This document shows, piece after piece, positions 36,516 through 50,201 of a stretch of DNA of 64,000 nucleotides. The number at the start of each line of letters is the position of its first letter. The first letter of the stretch is position 1. The notes under the pieces were generated by a model. It made no database searches, was not told the origin of the DNA, and saw only the letters and a list, made by a program, of their open reading frames with translations. The stretch is from Schmidtea polychroa. Taxonomy: Eukaryota. A program made the translations under genes and the position numbers. Location: contig CM097887.1 of NCBI GenBank assembly GCA_044892525.1, positions 86,840,397 to 86,904,396 of the forward strand, in the 5' to 3' direction.

Positions 36516-39500
36516 CATTATGTTATTGCTATATTATGATCTCTTATTATTTTTTTTGGTTTTGTATCGGTCTCTTATTAATGAATATTATTATGACCTA
36601 TTATGTTTTTATTTATGTCCAAACAAGAGTGACCAACGTCGTCGTAGACGCATTTTGCTCGCAACATTGATCAGCCTTGTTTCTAACTCAAAAATTTTGC
36701 TCAAGCACCAGAGAATGGGTCTACGACCCTACATGCACTAAACTCGAATCTCTATTACCAGAAGTCACCACGAACTAATGGTGTTCAACCAGGAGTAGGG
36801 CGGGTAAAATCCATCTTGGTAGTTAGTATAGTCACTGGGACTATGAGGACGAGGTAATTTTTGGGGTATTAATCGTGGGTGCATAACACAATAGGACCTA
36901 TCGTACCTTATTCAGTGTAATCGGGAAAATAGGTAAATTTTAATTAATTTGACTTTTCTCAGTAATTTAAATAAATAATCTGTACTCTTAACTTTACTAT
37001 CGAGAACACAACATTAGCGGAATTTAAACGAGAAATATCCAAGACTCACTATTCTACAAAGACACTCTGGTAGTCGGTTAATTGCACGAAAATGTTTAAT
37101 ATGCTTAATATCGAATGTATTTAATATACTCTGAATGATTTGGTTTCTAATTATATCTAATCCAAAAGGTTAATAATCAAGAACCCGAATCTAGTAAAAA
37201 TTCAATTGTATAGTTTATAATGATCTAATTTTGGCAAATTTGATACCCTTAGAAGTAATTTGAATGAGCCCTCTATCTTACTATAAGGGGTAGGACAAAT
37301 TTGGTGTAAACCTGTGCCGCGATTTTAAATATTAATGTCCAGATTATTGGTACGATAAACATTAAATCTTAAATTTAAAGAAAAGTGTATTCTATAGTTA
37401 TATATCGATAGCTATATTATTTGATATTGATTTTAAATCGGTATGAACTAAAATTGTGCCTCATGTAATTATTTATTAATATCTATACCATGTTCTAAAT
37501 CGACATTAGCTAAAAGGTATCTTATGAATTTATATGTTAATGACTATTGTCTTCTACCTTTATACATTGGGGCCTACCTCATTTGATTATTTTATCTTAG
37601 TTCATTTAAACGACTGATTATTGAATCTTCCCCATCTAGAAGGACGTTTCATAAATATATAGATATTAATTATTAAACCACACTTTCTAGAATTATGTTA
37701 TAGGAATTTATATATTAACATATATATGAATTTGATAAAATATAAAAGAACCTCTAAATTATTTCGTAAAAATTTTCATGTTTACTTTTATATGTATTAA
37801 AGTCTAGCTTAATTTTTACAATTTTTAGACTTAAAATTCTAAATCCATTTTATTGTGTTATTATCATTTAATACTATTTAGATAATATCTTAAATAATTA
37901 ATCTAATTGAACTTATTTAATAACAATGGAGTCAAAGGATATTACGAATAAATCAATTAAATTCTCTATATATTGACGTAAACCCCAATCCTAGCCTACT
38001 TATTAATTATATAACTCGTTTAAACCAATTTATTGATTTCCTAAAAATGATACTATAAAATGATTCAAAATTAACATTATTGATTTTTTTTCATGATAAA
38101 ATTAACCAATGGAACCACTTCTATTAATAACAACAACCCTGCGAACCAAAGGTTACCTTCATCGAACTCACTCTGGCTGACCAAATGGACGAATTATACT
38201 CTCTCATAAGCAAGCCAATCACCATAGACTATGTCAGTAGGAACTCTACTCTTCCTATAGAACTTATCACGCCATGCGAATTTAACCCCTGTTATCCCAG
38301 AAGTAGACCCTATGTACGTCAGAAAAGGCAAAGGACCCTTCCCAGGTTCGACTGCCCAAACCAAAGTAGATACCAATATGATCATGATCGAGGAATAATA
38401 AGTGGCAAAATATCTTATAATGCAAATTATTAATTACTTAAATTCGAATGAACCGGTAATAAAATACTTAATAGCTATTTCGTTATGATTAAAATGAGTT
38501 ATTTAATTAAAATTAATAACAAACGAAAGATTGAGTTATTTAATTAAAATCAATAGCAAACGAAAGATTAGATCTAATAAAAATTATAAATCTTGTTAAA
38601 ACATAAAAAAGAATCATGTCCGCCACTGTAGAAGTCTTGTCGAATCAAAGGAGGGCCTCTCTAAAACTCCCCTTGGGTTCAAATCGCTACCCTAAACTTC
38701 CAGGATGCATACAAATATAAATCCAAAGTTTTTGATGAACCGAGATTTCTAAATAGATGAAGCAGATTGGCATATTTTTGGGGGGTCTATCAGGCACCGA
38801 CGTTTCGAAAACAATCCAAATAGATTCCACGATTGGCCTCGAATTTGAAAAGATTGAATGTCTAAAAAATCAAGTGAGAATTTAAAAAAAGTCTAATTAC
38901 CGTCATATTTTGATGAGGATAAGGCCACTTACTACCACTACGGTTAGGGATTGCTAGGGACCGAATATAATTCTAAGACACATAGCAATATCCCTCCCAT
39001 AGTGGGTCTGATATTTTTGGCAAAAATTTTCATTAAGAATGTTGTAACCAAAAAGGAAAAATCATTTAGCGTATGTTTTTTGACCGATTGCTTTAATAAA
39101 TTCCGTTTTATTGTTTCCATTTTTGTTACTTTCAAATAGTTTGGCCAATGATCTCGTTTCTTCAACAGTATCTCCAGCAGTCTCGCATCGCATGCTTTAT
39201 TTGAGATGTCTTGAACAATATCTTTTTCTGATCGTCCTGAATTTACGACTTCAGCTAAAGCTTTCCTTAGACGTATCTCAAAAGCTGCAAAGCGTTCATA
39301 ATCTCCCTGTTCCATTGATTTTGTTCAGTTGTTGATTTTGTAATTGTGAACGTATGTAAGAACCACGCTTTAGCTTTCACATCTGTTGTTTTTGTTTCTC
39401 TGACGTTTCTCCACAATGTCTTTGCTTCTGCCACCAATAACACACCGAAAGAGCTTGTTAATCGCTGTCCATTTGTCAGCAGCCATTCTACTATATCCCG

Positions 39501-39641
39501 GATCCATTCTTCGGCTTCTTTTAAACCTTGTCCATCATATAGTTTAATGTTCAGTGTGAGCATGTCTTGACATGATTTCGGTAGGCATTCCATTAGCAAT
39601 TTTGTAGATTTTCAAATTTCATTGATGTTCTGATTTTCGGG

Positions 39642-39651
39642 GTGGTCGCCA
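39642..39651 (-). promoter_or_regulatory. Primer-binding site (tRNA-Arg-like) of the Gypsy element
   Basis: Plus strand gtggtcgcca matches the remembered 3' end of metazoan tRNA-Arg(TCG) (...GTGGTCG-CCA), abutting the 5' LTR. Confidence 0.65.
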
Positions 39652-41905
39652 GTTAAATCCAACTCGGTTTAAGAATCTTCAAATCTGACATAAATTTATT
39701 ATTTTACAACAAGTTTTTAATTTTCCACGAAAACGTGCCAACTCACTTATTTAAACAAATTCAGATATCTAACCATAACAATATTTTTTTTATAATTTAT
39801 AATATTATTTAACATTATAACAAATTTAATTAAAAAGTACTGAAGAAGATTTAAGATTAAAGGTTTTTTAATTTGTATTGCTTATCAAGTGAAAATTTTG
39901 AAATAAGTATATATTGTTAGAAGGATTACCAATTCTCGATTTAGAAAACCGAGTACATTTTGATGGATTGAAAAAACATTTAAGTGTGGTTAATGTATGA
40001 CGGGGATTAAAACATCAATATGTGATCAAATCATAAATAAAAATTGACATGCATTTATATAAATATTTCCTTTGAGATCTCTTCACAATCAAGGACACTT
40101 ACTCCAGAATTTACGATAAACTACAAGGAAAAGATTTCTTCGTAAATCAAAATCCAAGACCTTATATACACTAAGAATTCGTTCTCCCAAAAGCAACACG
40201 TTGTCTTTAAATTTATGAAAAGTTTACTATCGCACATTTTACAGATGGAAATTTGATTTTTTTTATATTATTTTCAGTTTAGGTTAATCAAGATTAAAAC
40301 TTCTTTTATTTGTCACAAATACTATTACCCTCAAAGATTGTCGAGAATTCCATTTTTTATCATATAATAAAAAAATAATAAAAAGTAGTAATAAAAAAAT
40401 GAAATAAACGTGAAATGATATAACCTTGAAGTGCTATTGATAATAAATAATGGCAACTTTCTTATTTTAAAAATTCATTTTTTCCTTTCCCATAATTTTA
40501 TGATAATAATTTTATTAAATGACAGCTCCCAATATAAGATAATTGGAGCTAATTGTTGGCACGTTATTGAGATACAAACTAATTAACCCAAATCGCTGTT
40601 CGGCGGAACCTGTTTGAAACCGGATGAAAAACAAGTGTAAACTCATAGCCAATCTTTTGACATTTCTTCTTAGATATTTAACCTTTTGTTTAATTGGATT
40701 AATATTAATTTTTTCTATATAGCTCAGAATCATATTACGCATATTAGGCACGAGATCATAGTCTCAATGAGCGGAGATTTTGATCCTAATGAAGGATTGG
40801 GCTACAAAACTGGTTAATGGCATCCCAAAAAGTGTAAAAGAAAGATCTTCTGAAATATATAATTGTAAAAGAAATTTAATTGCAATATAAAAAGCCAACA
40901 CGTAATATTAATTTTTTTATATATCTATATTATAGTTAAATAACAAACTATCAAAAAGCGTTCAAAAATATTACCTCATTATAGAGAAATAACCAAAACA
41001 TCGCATAAAAAATAAATACAACGTTACTCTGAACAAAATGAATTTTCTTCGACTAATAGTTAAGAGAATTAGTGACACAAAAATATTTTTAATTGAAAAG
41101 TGCAAAAAATTCTGTCCTAATTTTTGGGTGCTTTCCATTTTATGGATTAGATTATCATCGGTAAGGATGTTGTCAGGCACTAGATTAAATGGGTAGCAAC
41201 TTATTCCAAATTGTCCCAACATTGAATTTGATGTTAACATATTTAATAAATTTTACTGCATTCATTTGATCTAAGTGTGTTCTGTTTCTTTCGACAATAG
41301 TTAGCAGAGTGTTGACACATCACAAATAAAGCATGTAGGTGACTTGAGTTTTCCATCATCCTTAGCGTGCTGAAAGCATGAGTAGACGTAAAGATCTCTG
41401 TCAGTAGTGAACAAAACGCAGGAGACGTAAGTCCTTCTATCGGCAGTCAGTAAGAGTAAGTCAGAGCATGGTGAAAGAGTAGTCCTAAAGCAGGGGACAC
41501 ATTTGTCATTTTGTTATGTGGAAATTTGTAATTTTGAATAACTTTAGCAATGAGGTTATATAATAAATTAATCCCATTAAAATATTAACTTTTCCCACAG
41601 CAAATGTCATTCAGTTGTTTTATTACTGTCATATATAAGTTAATTATTATATGAAAATTTTTAATTTTGTGAAAATGTCGAAACTTAAACTATACTTATT
41701 GAAAAGATCTATATTTTTTTTACAAAAATCCAATAAAAACAGATAAATTTAAAATATTTAAAAAATTAAATTGCTTTTATTAATAATTAGTATTCAGAGT
41801 CGGATAGTTGGACAAAAATTCTTGTAACAAAAATATCTTTTTGATTTGTTTTAATTTTTATCAAACATTTGATTAACTTTATTAAGCTATTGAAAATTAA
41901 GAAAC

Positions 41906-43104
41906 ATGGATGTTAAAGAAACTAAACTTGATAATATCAGTAAGAACATTTAATATGAATATTTCTAGCAAACATGTATATAGGTGAAAATATTTTGGAA
42001 GCAGTTAAACGTACCGAGAAAGACATGCAGTTGATAAAAAAACTAATGGATGTTAAAAAAACTAAACTTGATAATATCAGTAAGAACATTTAATATGAAT
42101 ATTTCTAATAAACATGTATATAGGGGAAAATATTTTGGAAGCAGTTAAAAATACCGAGAAAGCCTTGGAGTTGTTTAAAGGTTTATTAACATTATTTATA
42201 TAACATTATTTAACATTATTAAGTAGATGAAAGACAAAATTTTAGAAAAAGTAGTAATGATTATGATTTTGAAGACTATTCTAATTTAGATATTTTTATT
42301 GAAATTGAAAAAGAAAAGTATTAACTATAAATTTTAACAAGCTATATTTTTAATTTAGTATTGAAAAACTTCAAAGTTTTGATCGTCGATTAAAATTTAA
42401 TAATATCAGGATGCATTTAAAGGAAACTATGAACAATTTAAAGTAGTTATATCATAGTTTATAAATCTACTTTTCCATTTTTAAGAAATAAGCAAAAGGA
42501 TATGTATGATAACTTTAAGAGCTCATTTACTAATTTATCAAACGAAATTCATGCAACATCAAGCGTCTTGTCGTTTCTCAGCTATTGGAATGAAAAAAAT
42601 GCCGATAATTTTGAACTACAAGGTTAAATTTGTTAATAAATTTATTCAAATTTAAATGAAATTATCTACAGAATATCCTAACAAATTCCTTAAATGGTAT
42701 AACTAATTTATAACTAAAATAATTCAAATAATAAAATAACAGTCTTGGATTAGTTCCACAGAACTGTAGATTGGAAATTGAAAAAGATTTATCCATTATA
42801 AAGCGATTGCCAGGGCACTCTGATAATGATATAATGATTTCGTCTAAAATATTAGAGTATGTCAATTATTTATTTTTCTATATTAATTTTATTTTTCAAT
42901 TTCAGCTGGAGTGATCATCGTTTAGTGAGTTTTTTAATTATCGTTAAATAAACAAATTCAAATTAATATAGCACAATTCAATATTTATTATTTTTATATA
43001 AATTAATAATTAAATTAAGTTTTCAGGCTTTTTATAAAGATTTGTTATTTTACACTTTTAAATTAATAAATTGCATAATGGGAACAATAAATTTGATTGG
43101 CTAA
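41906..43104 (+). CDS. Orphan multi-exon gene, N-terminal helical/coiled-coil protein
   Basis: The reading frame is maintained across about 7 introns of 40-50 nt (e.g. 41940-41983, 42080-42123, 42181-42223): MDVKETKLDNISENILEAVK...CLGLVPQNCRLEIEKDLSIIKRLPGHS...ILDWSDHRL. True start and last exon are uncertain. Confidence 0.6.
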
Positions 43105-43249
43105 ATCGAGACAGTTATTAATTTAAACATTTTTATGATGGTAAATTTCAGTGATTTGGCATCATAAGATAAGCAATATTGATTCTTAAAGTGAATTGAT
43201 TCATTCTACTGATAAATTACACTATTAAATAAACAAACGGATACTATAT

Positions 43250-44181
43250 ACACAGCAAAGTACCTTTATTGGCACGTTTAGAAAGATTTTCATTCAAATT
43301 TCCATATAATCCTTTTCATATTGGTACTTCTGGAACTGGGTCATATAGATTATGAAATCTTCAATTTAATGCATTAAACGATGGGGATATTACAAAAGTA
43401 CCAAGGGAACAAACCAATCGATATTCCAAACGATTGTCATCATATAATTCCTATAATATGATCTATAGAAAGTATAATAATTTGAATTGTGCTCTATCGA
43501 TTAAAAATTATTGTAAATAAATATAAATTTGGGGGGTTGAAGTACTTCTATACATATTAAATCATCTAATTTAATACAAACATCATTCATTTGTTAAGAA
43601 TTGTCCATAGGGTAATTGAGATGCAGGATTATGTAATTTTTTATTTGATATTACACAACAGATGGTGTAATTGATCGAAGTAATGTAAAGTGACATTTTA
43701 AAACTCGTTCCATATTCCAATCGGTCTTTTGCCTTTACATGTTACTTGTTTGGTAACCCACTGACATGACACGAATAATTACATTTTGAATTCATTTTCA
43801 CAATTGTTTTGACTAAGTATTTTAAAAGATTTCATAATCTTTCGCACTGCTTAACCTATTATTTCTATCTATTTCTCTGATATATTGGCTATTTCCAATT
43901 GTTTCCCCTCTGTTTATAATCCAGTATCATCTATTAGCTATACAATTTCCATTTTTATTGTGGAATAAGTTGAGAATCCAATACAAGCTTCCTCTTTCCT
44001 TATATAATTGTCTTTGTTTTTTTCCCTCTAACAGTAATATATACCAGGCAACGTTCCCTTTATTTTTCGGCTGAGCTATTGGGTCAAGATGTAAAAAATC
44101 GGTAGTATTGGAGTAAAATGGGAGAAGAGATTGGAAGCTAACCCTATCGGTGTTATAATACTTTGTTTCTATTAGAATCAA
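43250..44181 (-). pseudogene. Possible decayed spliced gene (unknown; weak Ig-like impression)
   Basis: Protein-like minus frames with plausible splice sites, broken by several TGA/TAA stops (ANR*YW, ALN*RFH, VPI*KG). Confidence 0.3.
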
Positions 44182-44227
44182 TAACTCAGCTAAACTACCA
44201 AAATATCAAATAAAATGATACAAACAG

Positions 44228-45017
44228 TGTAAAGTACATTTTGTGCTCAAAAGCAATTAAAAACAAAATTTGGTACCAATTCGAAATGCTTAAAACCAGC
44301 TATGCATTTCAAGACAATTGTCATTTTTTAATTGTTAAGAATGAAATTGAAGAGAACGACAAATCGGAAAGCTCTCGGTTTTTGTTTTCGGACGATAGCA
44401 CACTCAATGAGGACATGCTTAAGATTAAAGACAAAAATACGAATTTTAATCGTGGAAACACTCTAAAGCTTAACATTAGTGTTTTGGATTATACAATAAA
44501 TTGTGGTAAGGATGGTTCTTTTCCATCGAAACCATCCCCGTGCTTTGAACAAAGCTTTGAGCCTGAGCTATTGACTGAATCGGATGATAATGATGAAGAT
44601 GATAATAATGTGCTGAATACAGCTGTTCATGAAATATCGGACGATGATGTGATTCTCGCAGCATCACCTGACTTCACACATTCCGGTAATTTAAAGCACG
44701 ATCTTTCTGATTCTTGCTATCCTGAAATCGAAAAGTGGCATCCAGCTCCAGAAGAAGATGTTACATTTAATCTGACATTGGAAATCCCAATGGACATGAG
44801 TGAGATACAAGACAGCTATATTCTTCCTTTAAACGATTCACAAACTTCACAAGACTCTCAATCGGACAGTGAACCCCGTGAAGAAGACCAGGAAAACCAA
44901 TCGAATCATTTAGATTCCACGGATTTCTCGTTTATGGATACGAGCAAATTCACTTTGGGGTATAGCTTCAATAATAATAGCAATGTGAAACTTCAGCATA
45001 TTGACAATGACGATTAA
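44228..45017 (+). CDS. Large acidic Ser/Asp-rich probable terminal exon, unknown protein
   Basis: Open frame of about 260 codons in AT-rich DNA, preceded by acceptor aaacag; no in-frame ATG at its start. Confidence 0.55.
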
Positions 45018-45608
45018 TCCAATTTGAATTATTAACATGTTTTCATTATAAATAAATGTTTACATTGTCAGTTTGCTTTTAGAAATTTGGATAATCTTTA
45101 TACAACTTTTTATGATTAAACATTTTATTGATCAAATAATCCTTTTTGTGATGGCATTTTTATTCTAATTTGTATTTCAATGCTAAATCCAACGAAAATA
45201 GCGTGATTTTAAATAATTATTGCTTGTCTGGTTATTTTAACGGTATTTGTGTGTTGCTTAAATGTTTTGAGCGCAATAAAATTTTGAATTAAATTTCACA
45301 GAAACAATGCCTTAATTTTGGGTCATTATCGAATTTCAAAATTTTTGATTTCGTCAGTTACATAATCGATAGTTTTCAAATCCTTCCAGTTATTTGACAC
45401 AGAATTTCATAATCAATCCATCTCCGGTCTTCTTGAGCCGAAATATTCTGTTGCTTAATTCCTGGACCTGTAGCTTAAATTATATCTAACTGCTAGGGTT
45501 TGCTGTAATAGTTGAAGGAGTTAAAAGCATAGCATTTGCACGTGTGCAATTTTTTTTCTCTTGGACGGTTTTTACAGTGAAAATATGATTATTGTTGGCA
45601 ATCTCGTG

Positions 45609-46442
45609 CAGGGACTGAAACCGAACCCGAACCTTGTTGAACCCAGAAACTCATGCAGGTTCGGGTTCATAAAATTAAAAATTTTAAAAAATTTATTCTG
45701 AATTTTAGAAAAATAAAGAGGACAAAAAGGTAATAAAGTTTTCATATTCGTTAATGTTGCCTAGCTTATTTTCTTAAAGTAGCTTACTACGATACAAAAT
45801 ACAAATAGTAAAGTTTCTCGTGTTCATTAATGTTTCCTAACGATTTTGTTTTTATTATTATTTGGAATTTTGACTTTCTATGATTAAAGTTTAATAATAA
45901 TCATTATTAATCATTAAACGTGTTTTTTTGTTTGTTACATTCTATATTAAGAAGAGGATATTCTTGAACAAGTTTTAAAGAAAGAAAAGTTTTTTCAAAT
46001 TAATTCGGAAAATATAAATTCCACATCTTTCATTGATAGTTCAGTTAAAAATAAGATGGAAATATACGAAAATTATCGAAGGCTGGCAAAGAAAAAAGTA
46101 TTTTAGAATTTTGGGAGCAAAATAAAATATAAACACCTTTACTATATCAGGTGGCCCAAATAATATTTGCAGTCCCTGTTTCCAAGTAAGCGTAGAAAGG
46201 GCTTTTGCAGCTTTAAAGTGTATACTATCACCACAACGAGCAAATCTAACAGAAGAGAACTTAAAAAATATTTTAACTGTTAAATTAAATGAAATATTTT
46301 TGAAAAATAAATAAAAGATAGCGCTTTTTTTACTAAATTTTGAACCCAAACTTGAACCCTGGACTGAACCTGAACCCGAACTTTTTATTTTAATTAACCC
46401 GAACCTGAACCTGAACCCAATTTTTCCGGGTTTCACTCCGTG
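45609..46442 (+). mobile_element. Ac-like hAT deletion derivative
   Basis: Ends cagggactgaaaccg / cgggtttcactccgtg; TSD atctcgtg/atctcatg; gaacccgaa subterminal repeats; remnant QVSVERAFAALKCILSPQRANL. Confidence 0.85.
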
Positions 46443-46739
46443 ATCTCATGTTATATTTTCAATCCCGATATTTCGAGATTGCATTTACCTAGTCTCGGAT
46501 CCAGGGATTTTTAAATACCTGTTCTTGAAAGATATTAACATATTATTTTAACAAAACTAATTAAATGACACATTCAAAAATAGGTTTATAAAAACCGTTT
46601 ATTAAATTATATAGAAATTAATTGTTTTTATAATATTATACGTTAAATTCATTGGTTTTATTTTATTATTAATAATATTCGTAATTATTAAATTATAAAA
46701 ATACGTAATTATTTATTATTATTTTTAAAATATGTTTTG

Positions 46740-47110
46740 TAGAAACACATCTAAAGTTTCATCGACCAAACGATTTCTTATTTTCGTTGCAAAAGTCCGA
46801 ACGCAGAAAAAGCACGTTCAGACTCAACACTGGTTGATTTGATTGTCAATAGAAAATCATATGCTCTTTGGAAAAAATCACCACCTGTTCCTCCATTTTC
46901 AAACAACATCATTTCTTTCTGAATTTTCGCTGACAGCATCTTACATTGAATTGGCATCATCGATTAATGTGCTTTTTAATAGCTTTATTGAGCTCGTCTG
47001 CGATACTTAAAGGTTCTTCAAGAGAAAAAGAAAGAGATTCAATTGGAGGGTCAACAGAATTTCTAAGGTGCCTCATTTGAAACCGAAGATTCAACTTCTG
47101 ACTCATAAGC
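46740..47110 (-). mobile_element. hAT transposase C-terminal remnant
   Basis: YDFLLTIKSTSVESERAFSAFG and RNRLVDETLD. Confidence 0.8.
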
Positions 47111-47398
47111 TGTTAGTGATATAGTTACTTTCGAGTAATTCAACTATTATTTTGTATGGAGACCTTTCGTTGAGCCATCTCCAATTTTTAAATTTTTTTT
47201 GCAGACGGTATACTTACACATTGCAATAACATTAACTCCATCAACTCTTAAAAATATCTCAAGTCTTACAAAAGGCTGTTAAAGATGTATTATTGTTAAA
47301 AATTTTAAAGATTTTTTTCATACACATTTCTATCAAGCATCCAGTCATGATTCCTTATAAAAAAAATCAGTTTTTTATCAAATCACAAATATACTTTT

Positions 47399-47841
47399 CA
47401 GGGCCGTAACAAGGGTGGTTCGAACGGTGCAGTAGCACAGGGCGCACATCTGAAAGGGGCGCAAAATTGGTATATAACATTTTTTTAATGTTACCAAAAA
47501 ATAACAAAATGTAAATAAAAGAAATTATCAAACGGCCTGCAAAACGACGTCCTAGCTAGCCTATCTTTAACATTGCTGATTGGACTGGTCCATTAGCGTG
47601 CCTTCGTAGGTGTGTATTTTGAAAAATGTTAGTCAACAAAATGGGTTCCTGTCATTTTTTCAATTAGCAACAGAATTTTAAGAGCATTACTACCTATTAT
47701 ATAATAGCTGGAGATGAATACATAGTTAACGATCTCAGCATGAATATTATAATTATTATAGTAGACTGTTTTGAATTCGGGTTTTAGGGGCGCCAGATAT
47801 ATGAATCCCACAGGGCGCAATAATTCCTATTTACGGCCCTG
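47399..47841. mobile_element. hAT MITE
   Basis: TIR cagggccgtaa / ttacggccctg; TSD atactttt/ctactttt. Confidence 0.88.
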
Positions 47842-48359
47842 CTACTTTTCATTAAGTCTTCTATCATATCTCATAAACAGTTCAATTATGTTTATTTCAA
47901 ATTTTGGTTGTTAATTCATTTGGTACTTATAAAGAGTGCCGTAATTCCTTTTTAATTAAATGAAAATTAAAACTAACTGTTTCTCGATTTAAACTGAGAG
48001 AATTTTTAGAACTTTTCATTTAAGATCTTTTAAACAAATGATGAATTTCGGTCTACAATATATAGTAATTTATGCTACTTTCAACAGAACTCAAAATCTT
48101 TTGTTCTAAATTACCCAATAATATACATTTACAATATATTGGTAATGTAATTATTATTAAGTAAAAGTTATATCCAAGGGTTCAAAATCGAAACATTTCA
48201 AGCGGAAACTTGGAAACAAGTTGTAATAAACTGAGAAAAATTAGGAACTAATTACCGTATATACTTGCGTATAAGTCGAAGTAACAAAAATAAAAAAAGG
48301 TTTAGTGATTTCAATGTGTCATGCAAGAATAGATCGTCGACTTCTTGTATTGTATAAAC

Positions 48360-48608
48360 CAGTGGTGGCCAACCCAAATCAATCGAAGGGCCATATTTAC
48401 GGAAAAATACTATCACGTGCCACAATAAATTCATTTAAATAAATATAACTCGTTTTTACGATTCAAGTAAACTTAGAATCAATTTTTTAAATTAAAAACA
48501 TGCTTAATTCGAATATAAATTCTAAAAAAGACAATTATTGATTTGATGTTTAAAATTGTGTCCGGGCCACATCAAAACGCTTCGCGGGCCACCGGTTGGC
48601 CATGGCTG
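48360..48608. mobile_element. hAT (Buster/Charlie-type) MITE
   Basis: TIR cagtggtggccaacc / ggttggccatggctg; perfect TSD gtataaac. Confidence 0.9.
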
Positions 48609-50201
48609 GTATAAACGCAATTTTTGTTGACAATGTACACCAGAAGAACGTTATTTTTGTGTTTGCCAAAACTGTGAATGCTAGAAGTCTTCAATAAACA
48701 ACTGGTGCGGTGTGGTTTATAAAATTAAGTGGTTAAACAACACCATTTATAAGGGAGATGTTTACTGACTCACGGTCAAAAATGACCTCATCGTCCTTAT
48801 ACATATAAGTGTAATTCATTAAAATTTTATCAAAAACTCAGCTTTATATTTTCTATGAAAAAACTGACAAATTCTTCACCTCTAATGGCGCAACTATTTA
48901 TATTTATCAAACTGCTTACGCTTGAAAATATTTGAGGATATAATTTTTTTTTTGCAATAAAGTCAGATGCGTATTTTTAACAGAATAAAAGTTCGCTGGA
49001 ATTAAGAAAGCTGCTCGATAGATTTGAAACAATAACTTTTGATTAACCATTTATCCATAATTTGTCTTTGTCTCACATAATCTATGCGCTTTGGTGTATA
49101 TAAATTTGCATTTTAAATATTTACAACAAAATTTGCTAACAAATATTATACAATGTCTCAAATATTAAAATCCGAATTTAACATCAATGTCAAACTGTGA
49201 TCCAATATAAATACAAGTAACGAATTCAAGAGAATATATAAACAGCCTTTTCAATATAAACAGAAATATTTGAATAGAAAATGAAAAAAAAATTCAATTT
49301 CCAAATTTATAACGAAATCAATACATATATCGCAAAGGTGGAAGATACAAGTTCTAAAATCATTTAGAATGTCAAGCAGTAAGAAAATTAACAGCACTAC
49401 TTATAATATGAAGTAAGGAAAATAATTTTTATCGTTAAAATCAAGACGATAGAAAATATAAACGGGAGTTAGAATTTGAAATTATTCGAGTTCAATTTTT
49501 ACAGACCTAAAAAAACAATTAGAAACATAAAATAAATTTAATATTTAATCAAATTTTCCACCTCTTTGATTCGGTATTGTTTTCAACTACACCGGGATCG
49601 ATAAGGTCGACATCTGATGATTGGTTGTTATTTGAACTAGCGATGTCAAAATTCATGTCTGAACGATAAACAAAAATGATTACAATAATTATTTTATTGA
49701 TAATTATCATATCAACATTCATATACGTACCGTTCCAAGGAACTATAAAAATAATAATAAACTGCACTCACTAAAATATTTCTAATATTTTAATAATTTA
49801 GCAGACTTTATTTTCAACTATGAGACTCTGTTGGGTTAATGATTTATTAAAGTTGGTTATCTCTGACTCCTCGTGTCCTTTTCCAAACAAAAAACTCAAA
49901 CCCAACACAGGACAACTTTATTCATATTTTACCACCTTTTACTACCTTCGATAATTTATAATTCTCTTTAGTTTCTCTTGGAATTTCGTTAAAGTCCTCT
50001 AATCTGATATCGTTTTCTTTGACCAACTGGCGCTTTTCTCTATCCAGCCTTTCCTTTTATACTTTTCTGAGAAAGCAATTATTGGATAATCATTATTTGA
50101 AATCTTTTGGAGGATTATTGGGATCATAACAATCTAATTTGTTTACTCTCACCTGGTACTATTGTGAGTTTGCTTCAACTTGTTTTGATAATTATCTAAT
50201 C

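Larger units (their letters stand above)
33995..39774 (-). mobile_element. Ty3/Gypsy LTR retrotransposon, defective
   Basis: 5' LTR 39651-39774 and 3' LTR 33995-34105 with (A)GTTA...TAACT-type termini; 5-bp TSD ataac at 33990-33994 and 39775-39779. PBS tggcgaccac; PPT aagaaagggag; gag LYDGQGLKEAEEWIRDI (39599-38944); RT start VRHEIRITGGPIMQYPRRQP (35164-34883); integrase GIKQEFSSPYRPQSN. Most of RT/RNase H is deleted. Confidence 0.92.

Noticed and set aside
6966-44181. Alternative genetic code (TGA=Trp) or systematic readthrough, suggested by TGA aligned to TGG at 7263 and several Trp-like TGAs
   Set aside because: PIG-U ends in TGA at the position homologous to the known C-terminus, intact genes use TGG for Trp, and the affected frames also carry TAA/TAG stops and frameshifts. 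Ordinary pseudogene decay explains it.
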